In this document: piece by piece, positions 1 through 13,607 of the stretch | Layout: every line of letters begins with the position of its first letter | Position numbering within the stretch: position 1 is the stretch's first letter | Source: Octopus vulgaris | Taxonomy: Eukaryota | Assembly: GCA_951406725.2 (NCBI GenBank) | Contig: OX597827.1 | Location: forward strand, 4,154,001 to 4,218,000 | Direction: 5' to 3' | Length of the DNA: 64,000 nucleotides | The notes under the pieces: generated by a model | What the model was told of the DNA's origin: nothing | Seen by the model: only the letters and a program-made list of their open reading frames with translations | Database searches by the model: none | Position numbers and translations under genes: made by a program

Positions 1-432
1 AAGACTGCTGAGTGCAGATTGGCTGTCCATTTATACTGCTGGGGGTTGGGGAGGGTGGCAAAGGTTAGAGTCTACTTTCTCCAAGAAATATGCTTTAATA
101 AATGCTACAGGATGTTCACTCTTACTGGTTTTACAGCACGGCAGACACAAACCTGAAATTCCTATGTCCCTGTCCCATTGTTAGATAGTCAGTGGCCCTC
201 TGTTTGGTTCATCTGTCCTTTACAGAACACCAGCAAAATTGTAGGGGTATAAAAAAAAAATTCAATTTTTTGATGTTTTTATAAAATCAATCTTGAACAT
301 ATAGCTTGAAAATTAAATATAAAACCTTAATCAAATTCTAGTAACATAAAAATCAGCATGGAGATTTAAGCTTCAGGTTCAGTCCCACTGCATGGCATCT
401 TGGGCAAGTGTGTTCTACTATAATTCTGGATA

Positions 433-836
433 GGTGCAGGAGTGGCTGTGTGGTAAGTAGCTTGCTTACCAACCACATGGTCCCGGGTTCAGTCCCACTG
501 CATGGCATCTTGGGCAAGTGTCTTCTACTATAGCCTCAGGCTGACCAAAACCTTGTGAGTGGATTTGATAGATGGAAACTGGAAGAAACCTGTCGTATAT
601 GTATATATATGTGTATGTATGTGTGTATATGTTTGTGTCTGTGTTTGTCCCCCCAACATCGCTTGACAACTGATGCTGGTGTGTTTATGTCCCCATAACT
701 TAGTGGATCGGCAAAAGAGACCAATAGAATAAGTACTAGGCTTACAAAGAATAAGCTCTGGGGTCAATTTGCTTGACTAAAGGCAGTGCTCCAGCGTGGC
801 CACAGTCAAATGACTGAAACAAGTAAAAGAGTAAAG
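433..836 (+). mobile_element. tRNA-derived SINE family A (CORE-SINE/OR2-like), full length
   Basis: Pol III A-box-like TGGCTGTGTGG and B-box-like GGTTCAGTCCC, CORE-like TTGGGCAAGTG, central (TA/TG)n, tail GTGCTCCAGC..GGCCACAGTCAAATGACTGAAACAAGTAAAAGAG. More than 10 copies in window. Confidence 0.8.
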
Positions 837-1459
837 AAGTAACCAAACACTTGTGAATGGATTTGGTAAATGGAAACAGAAGGAAGCCCATGTGTGTGAA
901 TGTATGGATTTGTGTGTATTTGTGTGTGTGTATGTCTTCTTGTCTTAACATAGCATGATATTGGAAACCTGTGTCATTCATTTGCAATATTCTGTAGAAA
1001 CATATCTGACCATGGGAAAATATTGCCTTCGTTGGTGACAGGAAGGGTGACTAGCGATAGAAAATATGCCTTGAGAAACCTTTGTCTGACCCATGCAAGC
1101 ATGGAAAAAGAGTTCATTAAAAAGAGATCATTAAGATAATGATGATAATGACGATGAAACCCTTACAGTGCATGAATAAATGGATGTTAAGTTACATAGA
1201 ACATAAAAGAGCACGAAAATAAACAATTTGTTATATTTAGCTACGGAACTGTTTATTTTGTGTACCTAATCTCACCACTAAGATAAACTCGGTCTTTTGT
1301 CCCTATGGGACCATTAAACATAAGTATTATTTTGTGGGTACATTTTTTTTATTCCACTGGGGGTTATTAATGTAAATACAAGTGTTATTTTGTGGGTGTA
1401 AATCCCATTTAGTTATAGATAACTATGAAAAATGTATTTGCATTCATGTACGAAATTAT

Positions 1460-1680
1460 CAGTGGTTTCAAATTTCTGCAAAAAGGCCAGCAATTTAGTG
1501 AGAGGGGAAAGTCGATTATCTCGACCCCAGTTCTCAACTGGTACTTGTTTTAACAGCCCCAGAATGATGAAAGGCAAAGTCAACCTTGGCAGAATTTGAA
1601 CTCAGAACATAAAGTCAGATGAAATACCACTAAGCATTTTGCCCAGCGTACTTGTGATTCTGCCAGCTCACCACCTTAAA
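1460..1680 (-). mobile_element. SINE family B copy
   Basis: Reverse complement of AAGG..GAGCTGGCAGAATC..GAGTTCAAATTC..GACTTTGCCTTTCATC..AAGTACCAGTTGAG..CTGGGGTCGA. Confidence 0.7.
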
Positions 1681-2322
1681 TACGAAAACTAATATTACAA
1701 TGTAAAATTGCATCTTATGCCAAGCAATTGCCATTCATTTGAATATAGAGTCAACAAGGGAGCCTTTATGCAGTTGTTAAATCTGCCAGAAATAGTAGTC
1801 AAATATTCCTCAAATCAACTGACCATATCAGCAAATGAAATGTTTGATATGTGATCCTGAGTTCTCTATACATAAGAAAAAGTTGGGATGGGCATGGTTG
1901 GGATGCTTTGATCATAGATCTACTTGATCAGGCCTGACTTGGAGCAAAGCAACACCATTAACTTATATATACATACATACAGACACACTGACACACAAAC
2001 ACACACACACGCACACATTAACACATACAGACACACACACGCACACACATATATTCACACTTCCACATATATATATTACACTCATATATATATATACACA
2101 TAAACATATGTATGTGTGTTAGATGATGAACCTCATAAATAGTTAAATCAGTGACTCTTCTTGCTTGACAGCAGATAATAATGATAAAAACTACAACATT
2201 AAGAACTACAACAATGAAAATCCACATAATCACATACAGTATATATATATAAAACCTCCATCCGACCACATATACACACATACATATGCACAAATACACC
2301 CACTCTGTCATACATATATGCA

Positions 2323-2940
2323 TTGAGAAACACAAGCATACACATACCTACACACATAGATTCATACATACATACACACACATACAAACACATACTGTCA
2401 TGCATGCATTCATACATACATAATATATACAGACATACATACACAAACCCACACATACATACATACACACATACATACATACATGCATACATACATACAT
2501 ACATACACACATACACACATACATGCATACATACATACATACATACATACATACATACATACATACACACATACACACATACATACACACATACATACAT
2601 ACATACACACATACATACATACATACACACATACATACATACATACACACATACATACATACATACATACATACATACATACATACATACATACATACAC
2701 GCATACATACATACATACGTATATATATGTATGCAAAAATACATATAAAAACAAAAGCATACACACATGCATACCTACTTTGCATACATACACAAGAATA
2801 GACGTACAGCTATACATAAGCATATACATATACAAATGAAAAGACACACACACTGCAATACATACTTACATAAACACACCATACTACTTACTATACATGC
2901 ATACACGAACACAGTCACACATACACAGACAGACACATCT
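2323..2940. repeat. (CATA)n/(CA)n compound microsatellite
   Basis: Direct inspection. Confidence 0.9.
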
Positions 2941-3204
2941 ATAAATTTACGCAATAAATGAAGTTTAAGATTCACAGAAGCCAAATGTTCACAACTCTGT
3001 TACAAAAACACAGCTAGTTTAACACTCTTCAATGATTTTTATTTCCATCTAACTCATTTCCTAGTGGCTATTATATGAACAATAACTGATTGGTATTGGC
3101 CATTATGTAAAATAAACGGTCAGTATAAAGATTTGGAAGAAAGAAATGTTCTTTGTTTCCAACGATATGAAAATAGTCATTTCATATTTGAAATCTATAT
3201 TATA

Positions 3205-3612
3205 GGAACAAGCATGGCTGTGTGGTAAGAAGTTTGCTACCCAACCACATGGTTCCAGGTTCAGTCCCATTGTGTGGCACCATGGGCAAGTGTTTTCTAA
3301 TATAACATCAGGTTGCGCAAAGCCTTGGAAGTGGATTTAGTAGATGGAAACTGAAAGAAGCCTTTATAATATATATATTTATATGTATTCTTATTCTATA
3401 TATATATGTATGTGTGTGTGTATGTATGTATGAGTCTTTGTTTGTCTCTGTTCACTACTTGCCAGCTGGTGTTGGTGTGTTTACCTAGCAGTTTGGCAAA
3501 AGAGACTGATAGAATAAGTACTTGGCTTAAAATAAAAAAATAAGTATTAGGGTTGAGTTGTTCAACTAAAACTCCTCAAAACATCCTCTGGTAGACTGAA
3601 ACAAGTAAAAGA
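3205..3612 (+). mobile_element. SINE family A copy (diverged)
   Basis: Same head, core and tail as 433-836. Confidence 0.75.
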
Positions 3613-5020
3613 TATTGTTGTTATTACTGTTGCAGTCATAGCTATTGTTATTTAAACCTAGGTCAAACTTGATTGAACACACCTATGATCATATGACACT
3701 CCAATCATGACTATCACGTTTTTCTTAGCAATAGTGTAACCCTGCCTCAACAACATTATCCAAAAATGTCCTTTGGTTTTTTTAAGACACTAAGCAGAGA
3801 GTGGTATAAGAATGAGGGAGATAGGGCTGCTATTTCCAGCAGATCACAGGAATTTTTTGAAGGGAGGGCACAAAGTCAGAAGGGAATACAATTTCAGGAG
3901 AAAAGGGCGTAATAACATTACTTAGAAGGGTGGACTTCTTTTCTTAAGGGTGGGGGGAATGTGCCGCTCAGGCCCCCACTCCGGTCTGCCCCTAGATCAT
4001 GCAATCATGTAAAGAATGAAAAGACTCCCTCATTGAAGTTGCTGAAGTCTATGTCAGTTGATCAGGTGGTTATGAAGAAAACTAGACAAGCAAGTTTTAA
4101 TGAGATATCTATATTTGTGGTTTTTGCTTTTTCATCAGGTAGGATTTTTTTCCTACCTGTGTTTCTTTAACAGACCTGCAGTGTTGAAAGTCAAGCGATT
4201 GCTAGAACTGAACTCTTGACTTCTGGAATGTTGTCAGTCATTCACAATCGTTTATTAGTCGGATAAAATGACTGATGGAACTTCCATATTAGCATTCTCT
4301 AGAAGACTAGTAATTGAGAAAAGTAATGCTGTTCTAGGAGAATATTCTGGGAATCAGTAAGAATGAACTGGTTGGTCCTTTGGAGGACCTTTCGCCTTGG
4401 GAGTATATAGTTAAATTCCAGATATCTCATGCCTGTTAATGCTACTGTAGGAGGGGTGGTCATTGCCAGTACATGATAAACTCTAGCATGGAGATACTGA
4501 AAGTAATGTCAGCTTGGCCTGTCTGCCAAGCAGGCAGAGCAATGAAACCATTCTGCATACATTTCTTCTAGTGAAACCATTCTGCATACATTTCTTCTAC
4601 ATATGAATACTGAAGACTTTAGGATTTTTGTTGAAGGGCAGCAGTTGTCATATGTAGGAATGAATGATCTTCCTTTCAGCTGATCCCATTATGATAACCA
4701 TTCTGCTGCTTTCCTTAGTGAAAAGGAAGAACAGATGGGTTTTTTTCTTCCTTTTTGGTGGCTATAACAAAAGACATGCTGTAGATGGAACTGACAAAAC
4801 AAATTGAAGACAAGCACTTTTTGCTGTGACCAAGACCACATCATCTTTTACAAGTTCCACTTAACTACAAGGTGAGGGTGAGAAGAAAGGCACTGCTTCC
4901 ATATAGGCCTACATGAGTGCTAGGGAAAGGACATTTACCCTTGGTAGCCAGAGCAATCTGGATCTGTGGTGTTCCTTGATTGCTGCTTGATAACTCTGGG
5001 GATCTTATAGAATTTTATAA

Positions 5021-5600
5021 AGGCATAGCTGTGTGGTAAGAAGCATGTTTCTCAACCACATGCTTCTGGGTTCAGTCCCACTGCATGGCACCTTGGGCAA
5101 GTGTCTTCTGCTATAGCCGCAGGCCAACCAAAGCCTTGTGAGTAGATTTGGTAGATGGAAACTAAAAGAAGCCCATGATATATATCTATTTATCTATCAG
5201 GCATGGCTGAGTGGTTAGGGAGCTTGCTTCCTAGCTACATGGTTTCAGGTTCAGTCCCACTGCGTGGCACTTTGGGTAGGTGTCTTCCACTATAGCCCCG
5301 AGCCGACCGGAGCTTTGTGATTGAATTCGGTAGGTGGAAGTTACTGCCGTGTGTGTATGTGTGCGTATAGCTGCTCAGTGCCTCTCCGAAAGAGAGAGAG
5401 GGATATATATAAATATACATATGTATATATTTCTGTGTGTGTTTGTCCCCCCACCATCGCTTGACAACCAATGTTGGTGTGTTTATATCCCCATAACTTA
5501 GCGGTTCAGCAAGAGAGACCGATATAATAAGTATTAGGCTTACAAAGAATGGGTCCTGGGGTTGATTTGTTTGACTAAAGGCGGTGCTCTGGCATGGCCT
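5021..5600 (+). mobile_element. Two adjacent SINE family A copies (5' partial + near full)
   Basis: Heads at ~5021 and ~5199, with the family tail at ~5575-5600. Confidence 0.7.
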
Positions 5601-5772
5601 AAAAAAAATAATAAAAGAATAAAAGAATTCTTCTTTACTTTCTTTCCTTTGTTTAGTCGATTTCAATGTAAAACCTACATTTTTTGGTAACCTGTCCATG
5701 TGATGTCACCTCACCCACCATCCTGGTGGCAAATAAAAGAAATCATTAATGTTATCATTATTATTATTATTA

Positions 5773-6148
5773 TTCAGTAGTCTTATTTTTATCACATGCT
5801 TTCACTGCACTACCGAGCACAGCTCTGTGTGCCTTGGCTACGTGCTGTGGTTTGTTGTGATGCTCTTATTTTTACTGTATTGAAAGTGTTTTACGTAGGA
5901 TGTGTGCAGTGCCCAGTAGTGCTATTTTATGTATGTTTTATATACTTGTTAGTCCTGGTGTTTTGTTATGTATCTGCCTGAATATTCTTTTATCATACCT
6001 AATACACCTACTACGATAGGAATTGTTTCTGTTTTTAGACTCCACATTCAAGTTTTCCAGATCTTTGTATTTTGAAAGTTTTTCCATTTCTTTTATAGAA
6101 ACATTGTTGTCTTTTGGTGTTGACACATCGATTAGAAAGCATTCTTTT
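5773..6148 (-). mobile_element. R4/Dong-like non-LTR retrotransposon 3' fragment (restriction-like endonuclease C-terminus), pseudogenized
   Basis: Translates to CFLIDVSTPKDNNVSIKEMEKLSKYKDLE...KTPGLTSI*NIHKIALLGTAHILRKTLSIQ*. Flanked on both sides by (TAA)n. Confidence 0.75.
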
Positions 6149-6169
6149 ATTATAATTATTATTATTATT

Positions 6170-6506
6170 ATTATCATCAGGGGAGCAATGAAATAAGTAC
6201 CAGTTGTGCACTGGGCTTGATGTAATCGATTTCTCATGAAATTATGCCAATATCTGAAACCATTATTATTATTATTATTATTATTATTAATAGGTTCTCT
6301 TGTTTTAGGAGGATTGCATCATAGACATGTTTACATATTTTCTATATTATGCATGCTTTTAGCTCATTTCAACTTCTTTGCCCTTTCTTTCCCTTATCTT
6401 TTATGCAAACCCCATCACACAAATTGTAATCTTGCTCTTGTAATGTCTCCCTGATCTAATACCACTGTGGCAAATAAAAGGAATCATCATCATCCTCATC
6501 ATCATC

Positions 6507-6569
<63 letters not shown>

Positions 6570-7118
6570 GGTGGTGGTGGTGGTAGTGGTAGTAGTGGTG
6601 GTAGTGGTGGTAGTAGTGGTAGTAGCAGCAGCAGCAGCAGCAGCAGCAGAACTCATTAGAGTGTCGTCTATAATGCATTTGTGATATTTTGTTGAGTCCC
6701 TAAACATTGTAAATTTTGATCTCAATGGGATCAGCTTTATCTTTCATCCTTTTAGGGATCGATAAAATGAAATATTATTCAAGTACCGCAATCAATTTAA
6801 TCAGAAACACCCCCTTACCTTCTCAAAAATTTATTGCAGCTATGAGCCAACGTCAGAAGCCTTCCCCACCACCAACACTAAACACCATCACCACCAAAAA
6901 CCACCACCGTTGTCATCATCATCATCACCAGGCTGCTACTTGCTGGCAGAATCCCATGGGGCTTTGGAGAAAGTGCTTGGTGGCATTTATTTTGGCTCTT
7001 TGCATTCTGAGTTCAAATTCTGCTGAGGTCAACTTTGCCTTTCTTCTTTTTGGAGTTGGCATAATCTACTAACACCTCTCCCCACAGAATTGTTAGCTTC
7101 ATGCTGAATGTTTGAAAC

Positions 7119-7178
<60 letters not shown>

Positions 7179-7949
7179 TATTATTATCATTATTATTATT
7201 GTTAACGCACCAGCTGAAATATCAAGCAGCTTTTCATCTATCAAATTCTGCAAAAGTCAATTTTGCCTTTCATCATTTCAGAGTTGATAAAATAAGTACC
7301 AGTTGAGTACTGGGGTCGATGTGACTAACTAAACCCCTCCTTGAAGATTTCATGTATTATGTCTATAGCAGAAAGAATTATTATTATCATTAATTCTGCC
7401 AAGGTCGACTTTGCCTTTCATTCTTTCAGAGTCAGTAAAATAAGTACCAGTTGAATACTGGGACTGATTACTCAGCTTAATCGCTTTCCTTAAATTGCTG
7501 GCCATGTGCCAAAATTTGAAACCATAGTTATGAGTATTATTGTTATTATGTGAGCTGGCAGAATCGTCAATGAGATTTTTTTTGTCTTGATATTCTGAGT
7601 TCAGATGTCACTGGGGCTGAATTTGCCTTTCATCCTTTTGGAGTCGATAAAATAACAGCCGAGCACTGCAGTCGATGTAACTGACTTACCCTACTCTGAA
7701 AACTTGCTGGTTTTGTGCCAAAATTTGAAACCATTATTATTATCCTTTAAGGCAGTGAACGGGCAGAATCGGTAGCATGCTGGGCAAAATGCTTAGCGGC
7801 ATTTCTTTCATCTTTACATTTTGAGTTCAAATTCTGCTGAGGTCATCTTTGGCTCCCATCTTTTCAGGAATTGATAAATTAAGTACTACCTGGATACTGG
7901 GGTTGATGCAATCAACTTACTGCTTGGAAGTTGCTGGCCTTGTGCCAAG

Positions 7950-8042
<93 letters not shown>

Positions 8043-8282
8043 ATTATTATAATTATTAATTTTATTATTAAGGCAGGAAGCTGGCAGAATCATTAGCATG
8101 CCGGGTAAAATGCTTTGCGGTATTTTGTCGGCCACTATATTCTGAATTCAAATTCCGCTGAGGTCACTTTTGCCTTTCATCTTTTTGGGGTCGATAAATT
8201 AAGTACCAGGGAAACACTGGGGTCTATGCAATTGACTAGTCCCCTCCTGCTAGATTTCAGGCTTGTACCTTTAGTAGAAAGG

Positions 8283-8324
<42 letters not shown>

Positions 8325-8330
8325 GTTATT
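6170..8330 (+). mobile_element. Head-to-tail cluster of ~7-8 SINE family B copies separated by (TTA)n
   Basis: Repeated GAGTTCAAATTCTGCTGAGGTCAACTTTGCCTTTCATC...GATAAAATAAGTACCAG...CTGGGGTCGAT...AAAATTTGAAACCATTATT. The core resembles the MetaSINE domain (from memory). Confidence 0.75.
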
Positions 8331-8813
8331 GGCAAGGTGGAAGCAAAAATGCTTTTGCAGTACTTGACTATGCTTCTATACATTCCTTTACACATAAATC
8401 AGAGGGAAGTATGCATGTGATGTATATATTTCTGGACAGAGGACACATGTCCAGATCTTTGGATATACAGACAGATAGAGAGACAAAGAGAAAGATGGGT
8501 GGATAGGCAGATAAAATCTACTTGCTAGATCAAGGGAGATATAATGTTTCAAAAATAGATATAAATGCAGATGTATGGATGCACAGCAAGTCTGAGACAG
8601 CCAAGAAAATATAGAAATAGATAAAAAGACACATTAATACATAGATATAAGGAAATATAAATAAGTATATAATAAAACTGTGTTTGTGTGTATGTGTATA
8701 TATTAACATATGTATGAGTGCATACATGTGTGTATGTTTCTTTGTATATATGTTGTATGTATATTTATATATGTATATACAATACATGAATATATAAAAT
8801 ATACAATATTTGG

Positions 8814-8853
<40 letters not shown>

Positions 8854-9558
8854 TATATGTATACACATACATTTATGTATACACACACAAATATATGTAT
8901 ACACACACACATACACGTATGTATGTATATCTATGTATACATATGTATTCATAGATATATTTTCTATGTATGTGTGGTGTGTATGCATGTGTGTGTTTTG
9001 CATATATGTGTGCGTATGTGTGTGCGTGTGAATACAGATACACACACACAGACACACACACACATATATTTGTACAAAGGTACATTAATACATACATATA
9101 TGCAAAGAAACAATCAGACATAAAACATAGGCTCGCACATCAAAATAAATAATTGGACATTTAACACAGGGGGCAGGTGAATTGATATAGGTAGGAGAAA
9201 GGGTGACTGGATTGCCTACTGGACTGACAGATATACAAGAAAGAGAGACACTGAAGTAGATTAATACACAAATAAACAGTCAAATTAACAAATAGATAAT
9301 AAAATAAGCAGTCATGTGGGTAGATAGGTAATCAAATATAATTTACTAGAATTTGCTGAGAAAGTAGTGGTGTGTATTTGTCTGATTTGTTAAAGGATAG
9401 AGAGATAAAATATTCATAGTGAGGGAGTTATAAACAAAAGGACAGCTAAAGAGACAATCAAAGATGTGAATTGATAGAGAGAGATAGAGACTAAAGGAGA
9501 TAAAGAAAATAGGAGAGAGAGCACTATGTATGTTATGTATGTATGAATGAATACACAG

Positions 9559-9593
<35 letters not shown>

Positions 9594-9655
9594 GATAGAT
9601 AGATAGATAGATAGATATATATGTGTGTGTGTGTCTGTGTGTGTGTATCTGTATT

Positions 9656-9688
<33 letters not shown>

Positions 9689-9724
9689 GTATGCACACAC
9701 ATATGTACACACACATAACTCATA

Positions 9725-10040
9725 TATCTTTTATCTTTAATCTTTTCCTTGTTTCAGTCATTGGGCTATGGTTTTGCTGAGGCACCGGCTCAAAGGGTTT
9801 AGTTCAACAAATCAACTGCAGAATGTATTTTTAAATTTTGGTACATATTCTGTTGGTGTCTTTCTGCAAAACCACCGCGAATTACAGGGACATAAATAAA
9901 CCAACACTGATTGTCAAATGGTGGTGGGGTAACAAACAAAAACATAACGATGCATAGATAGATAGATAGATAGATAGATAGATGGATGGATGGATGGATG
10001 GATGGATGGATGAATGAATGGATGGATGGATGTATGGATG

Positions 10041-10107
<67 letters not shown>

Positions 10108-10127
10108 GGATGGATGGATGGATGGAC

Positions 10128-10161
<34 letters not shown>

Positions 10162-10405
10162 ATGGACGGATGAATGGATAGATGGATGGATGGATGGATA
10201 GATAGATACATACATACATACATACATACATACGTACATACATACATACATGATAAGATTCTCTCAGTTTCTGTCAACCAAAAGCCACTAACAAGGCTTT
10301 GGTGAGCCCAGTGCTATAATAGAAGGCACTTGCCCAAAATGTATGCAATGAGATTGAACCCAGAGCCATGTGGTTGGGAAGCAAACTTCATACTACACAA
10401 CCATG
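9725..10405 (-). mobile_element. SINE family A with expanded central (GATA)/(GGAT)/(CATA) microsatellite
   Basis: Tail at ~9725-9800, head at ~10350-10405, SSR in between. Confidence 0.65.
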
Positions 10406-10979
10406 CTTGTAATATTTTCATTCATTTGTTAACCCTGAAGGGTACCATATTAAGCTCATCCATGAATTCAGGCTCTCAGAAAAACATATCTGTAGAGTTT
10501 TTACAATTACAAAAAAGGAAAATGTAATGAGTAAGTATTTTTATTACATTAATTTACAATTGTTTCATCTGAATTCAATCTCATGTATATTGCTATATCA
10601 TGTGATAAGTAACTATCTATTCATGAGGTGTTATTGGCATATATCGAAATTTGATTCTTCAGAATTATGCATAAAAGTTAAGAGACAAATTTTGACACAT
10701 GTCCATGACTCCTCTTGAATAAATATTTGCATATTATCATCATCATCATCATCGTTTAATGTCCATTTTCCATGCTGGCATGGCTGAGATGGTTTGACTG
10801 GAGCTGGCCAGCCATGAAGCTGTCCAGAGTCCAATTGTTTGTTTGGCAAGTTTCTACAGCTGGATGCACTTCATAACACCAACCACTTTACAGTGTGTTC
10901 TGGGTGCTTCAAGATTGAATTTAGATGAAATAATTGTGAATTAGTGTAATAAAAGAACTTTCTGAATCTATTCATCTTG

Positions 10980-11033
<54 letters not shown>

Positions 11034-11429
11034 TATATATATATATGTATGTGTGTGTACCAGTTTAAAGATAATCTCAAACTCAACTGAGGAATGAAAA
11101 CTTCAAATGACCCGGGCGTGTTTTTTCTTGTCCCTCTTTTGTATCATCTGTCTGGATGTTTTGTGTTCTTGTCCCATTTTTTGTATTCCTTTGTGTATAT
11201 ATATACATACATACATACATACGTACATACATACATACATATATACATACTCTAGACATAGTTCTGTCTGTGTTGTTACAAAACTTGCGTCCAAAAATGG
11301 GGGGTTTCAAGATAGTCTCTTGGGCAAGTCTTCTACTATAGGCCAGAGCACAACAAAGGTTTGTGAGTGGATTTCGTAGCCAGAAACTGAAAGAGGCTTG
11401 TCATGTGTGTATGTGTATATTCTTGTATT

Positions 11430-11635
11430 GTTTTACTTGTTTCAGTCATCTGACTTCAGCCATGCTGGAACACCACCTTTTAGTTGAGCAAATCGAATCC
11501 AGGACTCTTTGTAAGCCTACTACTTACTCTATCAGTCTCTTTTGCTGAACCGCTAAGTTACAGGGATGTAAACACACCAGCATTGATTGTCAGGCAATGT
11601 TGGGGGAACAAACACAGACACACACACACTCAAAT

Positions 11636-11681
<46 letters not shown>

Positions 11682-12020
11682 ATATATATATATATATGTA
11701 TAAATATATATATATACATATTTAAATATATATATACATACATATATATATATACATATTTAAATATATATATACATATACATATATATATATATATGTA
11801 TAAATATATATATATATATATATATGTATATGTATATATCTATATCAATATATATACGATGGGCTTCTTTCAATTTCCGTCTGCCAAATCCACTCACAAG
11901 GCTTTGGTCACCCCAAGGCTATAGTAGAAAACACTTGTCCAAGGTGCCATGTAGTGGAACTGAACCCAGAACCATGTGGTCGGTAAGCAAGCTACTTACT
12001 ACACAGCCACTACTGCACCT
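11430..12020 (-). mobile_element. SINE family A copy
   Basis: Reverse complement of the 433-836 element with (TA)n centre. Confidence 0.8.
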
Positions 12021-13183
12021 ATATATAAAATAATCTGAGAAGAATATCCCTTCTCTTTATGGACATAATATCAATAATTATTTGTCGGATTCAGGATTTT
12101 TGATTTTATATGAATATAGGGTGCAACATCTAGAAAAAACTTAAATAAGGTGTTTGTATGTAAAGGTTTGGTGATGCAAACAGGAAAATAGAGCTCAAAA
12201 TATACATTAATAACCTGCAGTATTCATCAACAGGAAGAATAAACTATGTATATATGAGTGTGTATATGTATTTGTTTGAGATTTATTCAATTCCTCTGCC
12301 TCATTGAAGCTGCTCTCCAACAAAGTGACAATGTTAAATGCATGCATAGAATTATGCATGTATGTATATATATGGATGGGTAGATATGTGTCTGGAATGT
12401 GTCGTGTATGATGTCCTTGTATAGTGGCAACATGTTGTTGAGGCTTTATTGTTCAAGAACTTTCTTTTACTTTTAACAGTTATATTTACTTCCAAGTGGA
12501 AGTGTTTAGGATTGGGACAAACTTATGATAAATGAAACTGAAACTGAAATGTTTACAAGAACCAAAATCACGTGGCACTAATTTGTTAAATTTAATTTCC
12601 AAAATTAAAATTATATACAAGGAAAATATCAAAATTCAAAATTCAAAATTCAAATACAAATTTATAAAACATTTGTGTTATTAAACATATCATATCCATA
12701 AGAAATATTATCTCTAAACGAATACTGCAGTTAATTTGCTTTTACTTGATGTATTTGCATTAAGTATGATGTACAGATGGCTATTTAAATCTAATACTGC
12801 TTCTGTTGCATATAATGGATTTTTATTCAGCAGGGCAGCTGATTGCTACATCAGTGATTTTTCAATCATTGTTTATGCATATCAGTAGTGACATATAGTA
12901 TTAGGATGTGGTTGGTAGTGAGTATGTACTACAACAAAGACGAAAGAAGCAGAATTGTGCAACTAGCATTCTCACCTCCACTCTGAATGATTCCTGTTTG
13001 CTGCTGATATATTTGTATTTTAAAATACAGTGTGTCCATAAGATATATTATTTCCAGGTGAATACTGCCGTTAATTTGTGATTTCACAATGTATTTGCGT
13101 TAAGTATGGTACACAGATGGCTAAAAGTTGTCAGTTTTATATAAATTCAGTTTCAGTTCAACTCAGCATTTATATACATATAT

Positions 13184-13224
<41 letters not shown>

Positions 13225-13607
13225 ACATACATTTATATACATATATATTGTATACATACATTTATGTACATATATATTGTATACATACATTTATGTACAT
13301 ATATATATACATATATATATATATAAATATATATATACATACATTTATATAGATATATATTGTGTGTATATATATACATCTATACACATATATATTGTAT
13401 ATGTATATATATACATACAGTTATATATATATATTGTGTTTATATATGTATATATGTATATATATATATATATAAACACAATATATATATATATGTATAT
13501 ATATATTGTGTATACATATATACATACATATATATATACACACACACATACGATATATATATATATACACACACACATATATGCATACATACATTTATAT
13601 ACATATA

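Noticed and set aside
3845-3995. Small GC-rich MITE-like segment
   Set aside because: Only one plausible terminus (CCGGTCTGCCCCT); TIR pair and TSD not demonstrable.
12970-13130. Possible middle Pcdh exon ending at donor-like GAG|GTGAG (~12976)
   Set aside because: No convincing acceptor or Pcdh-like peptide; it overlaps a local direct repeat.
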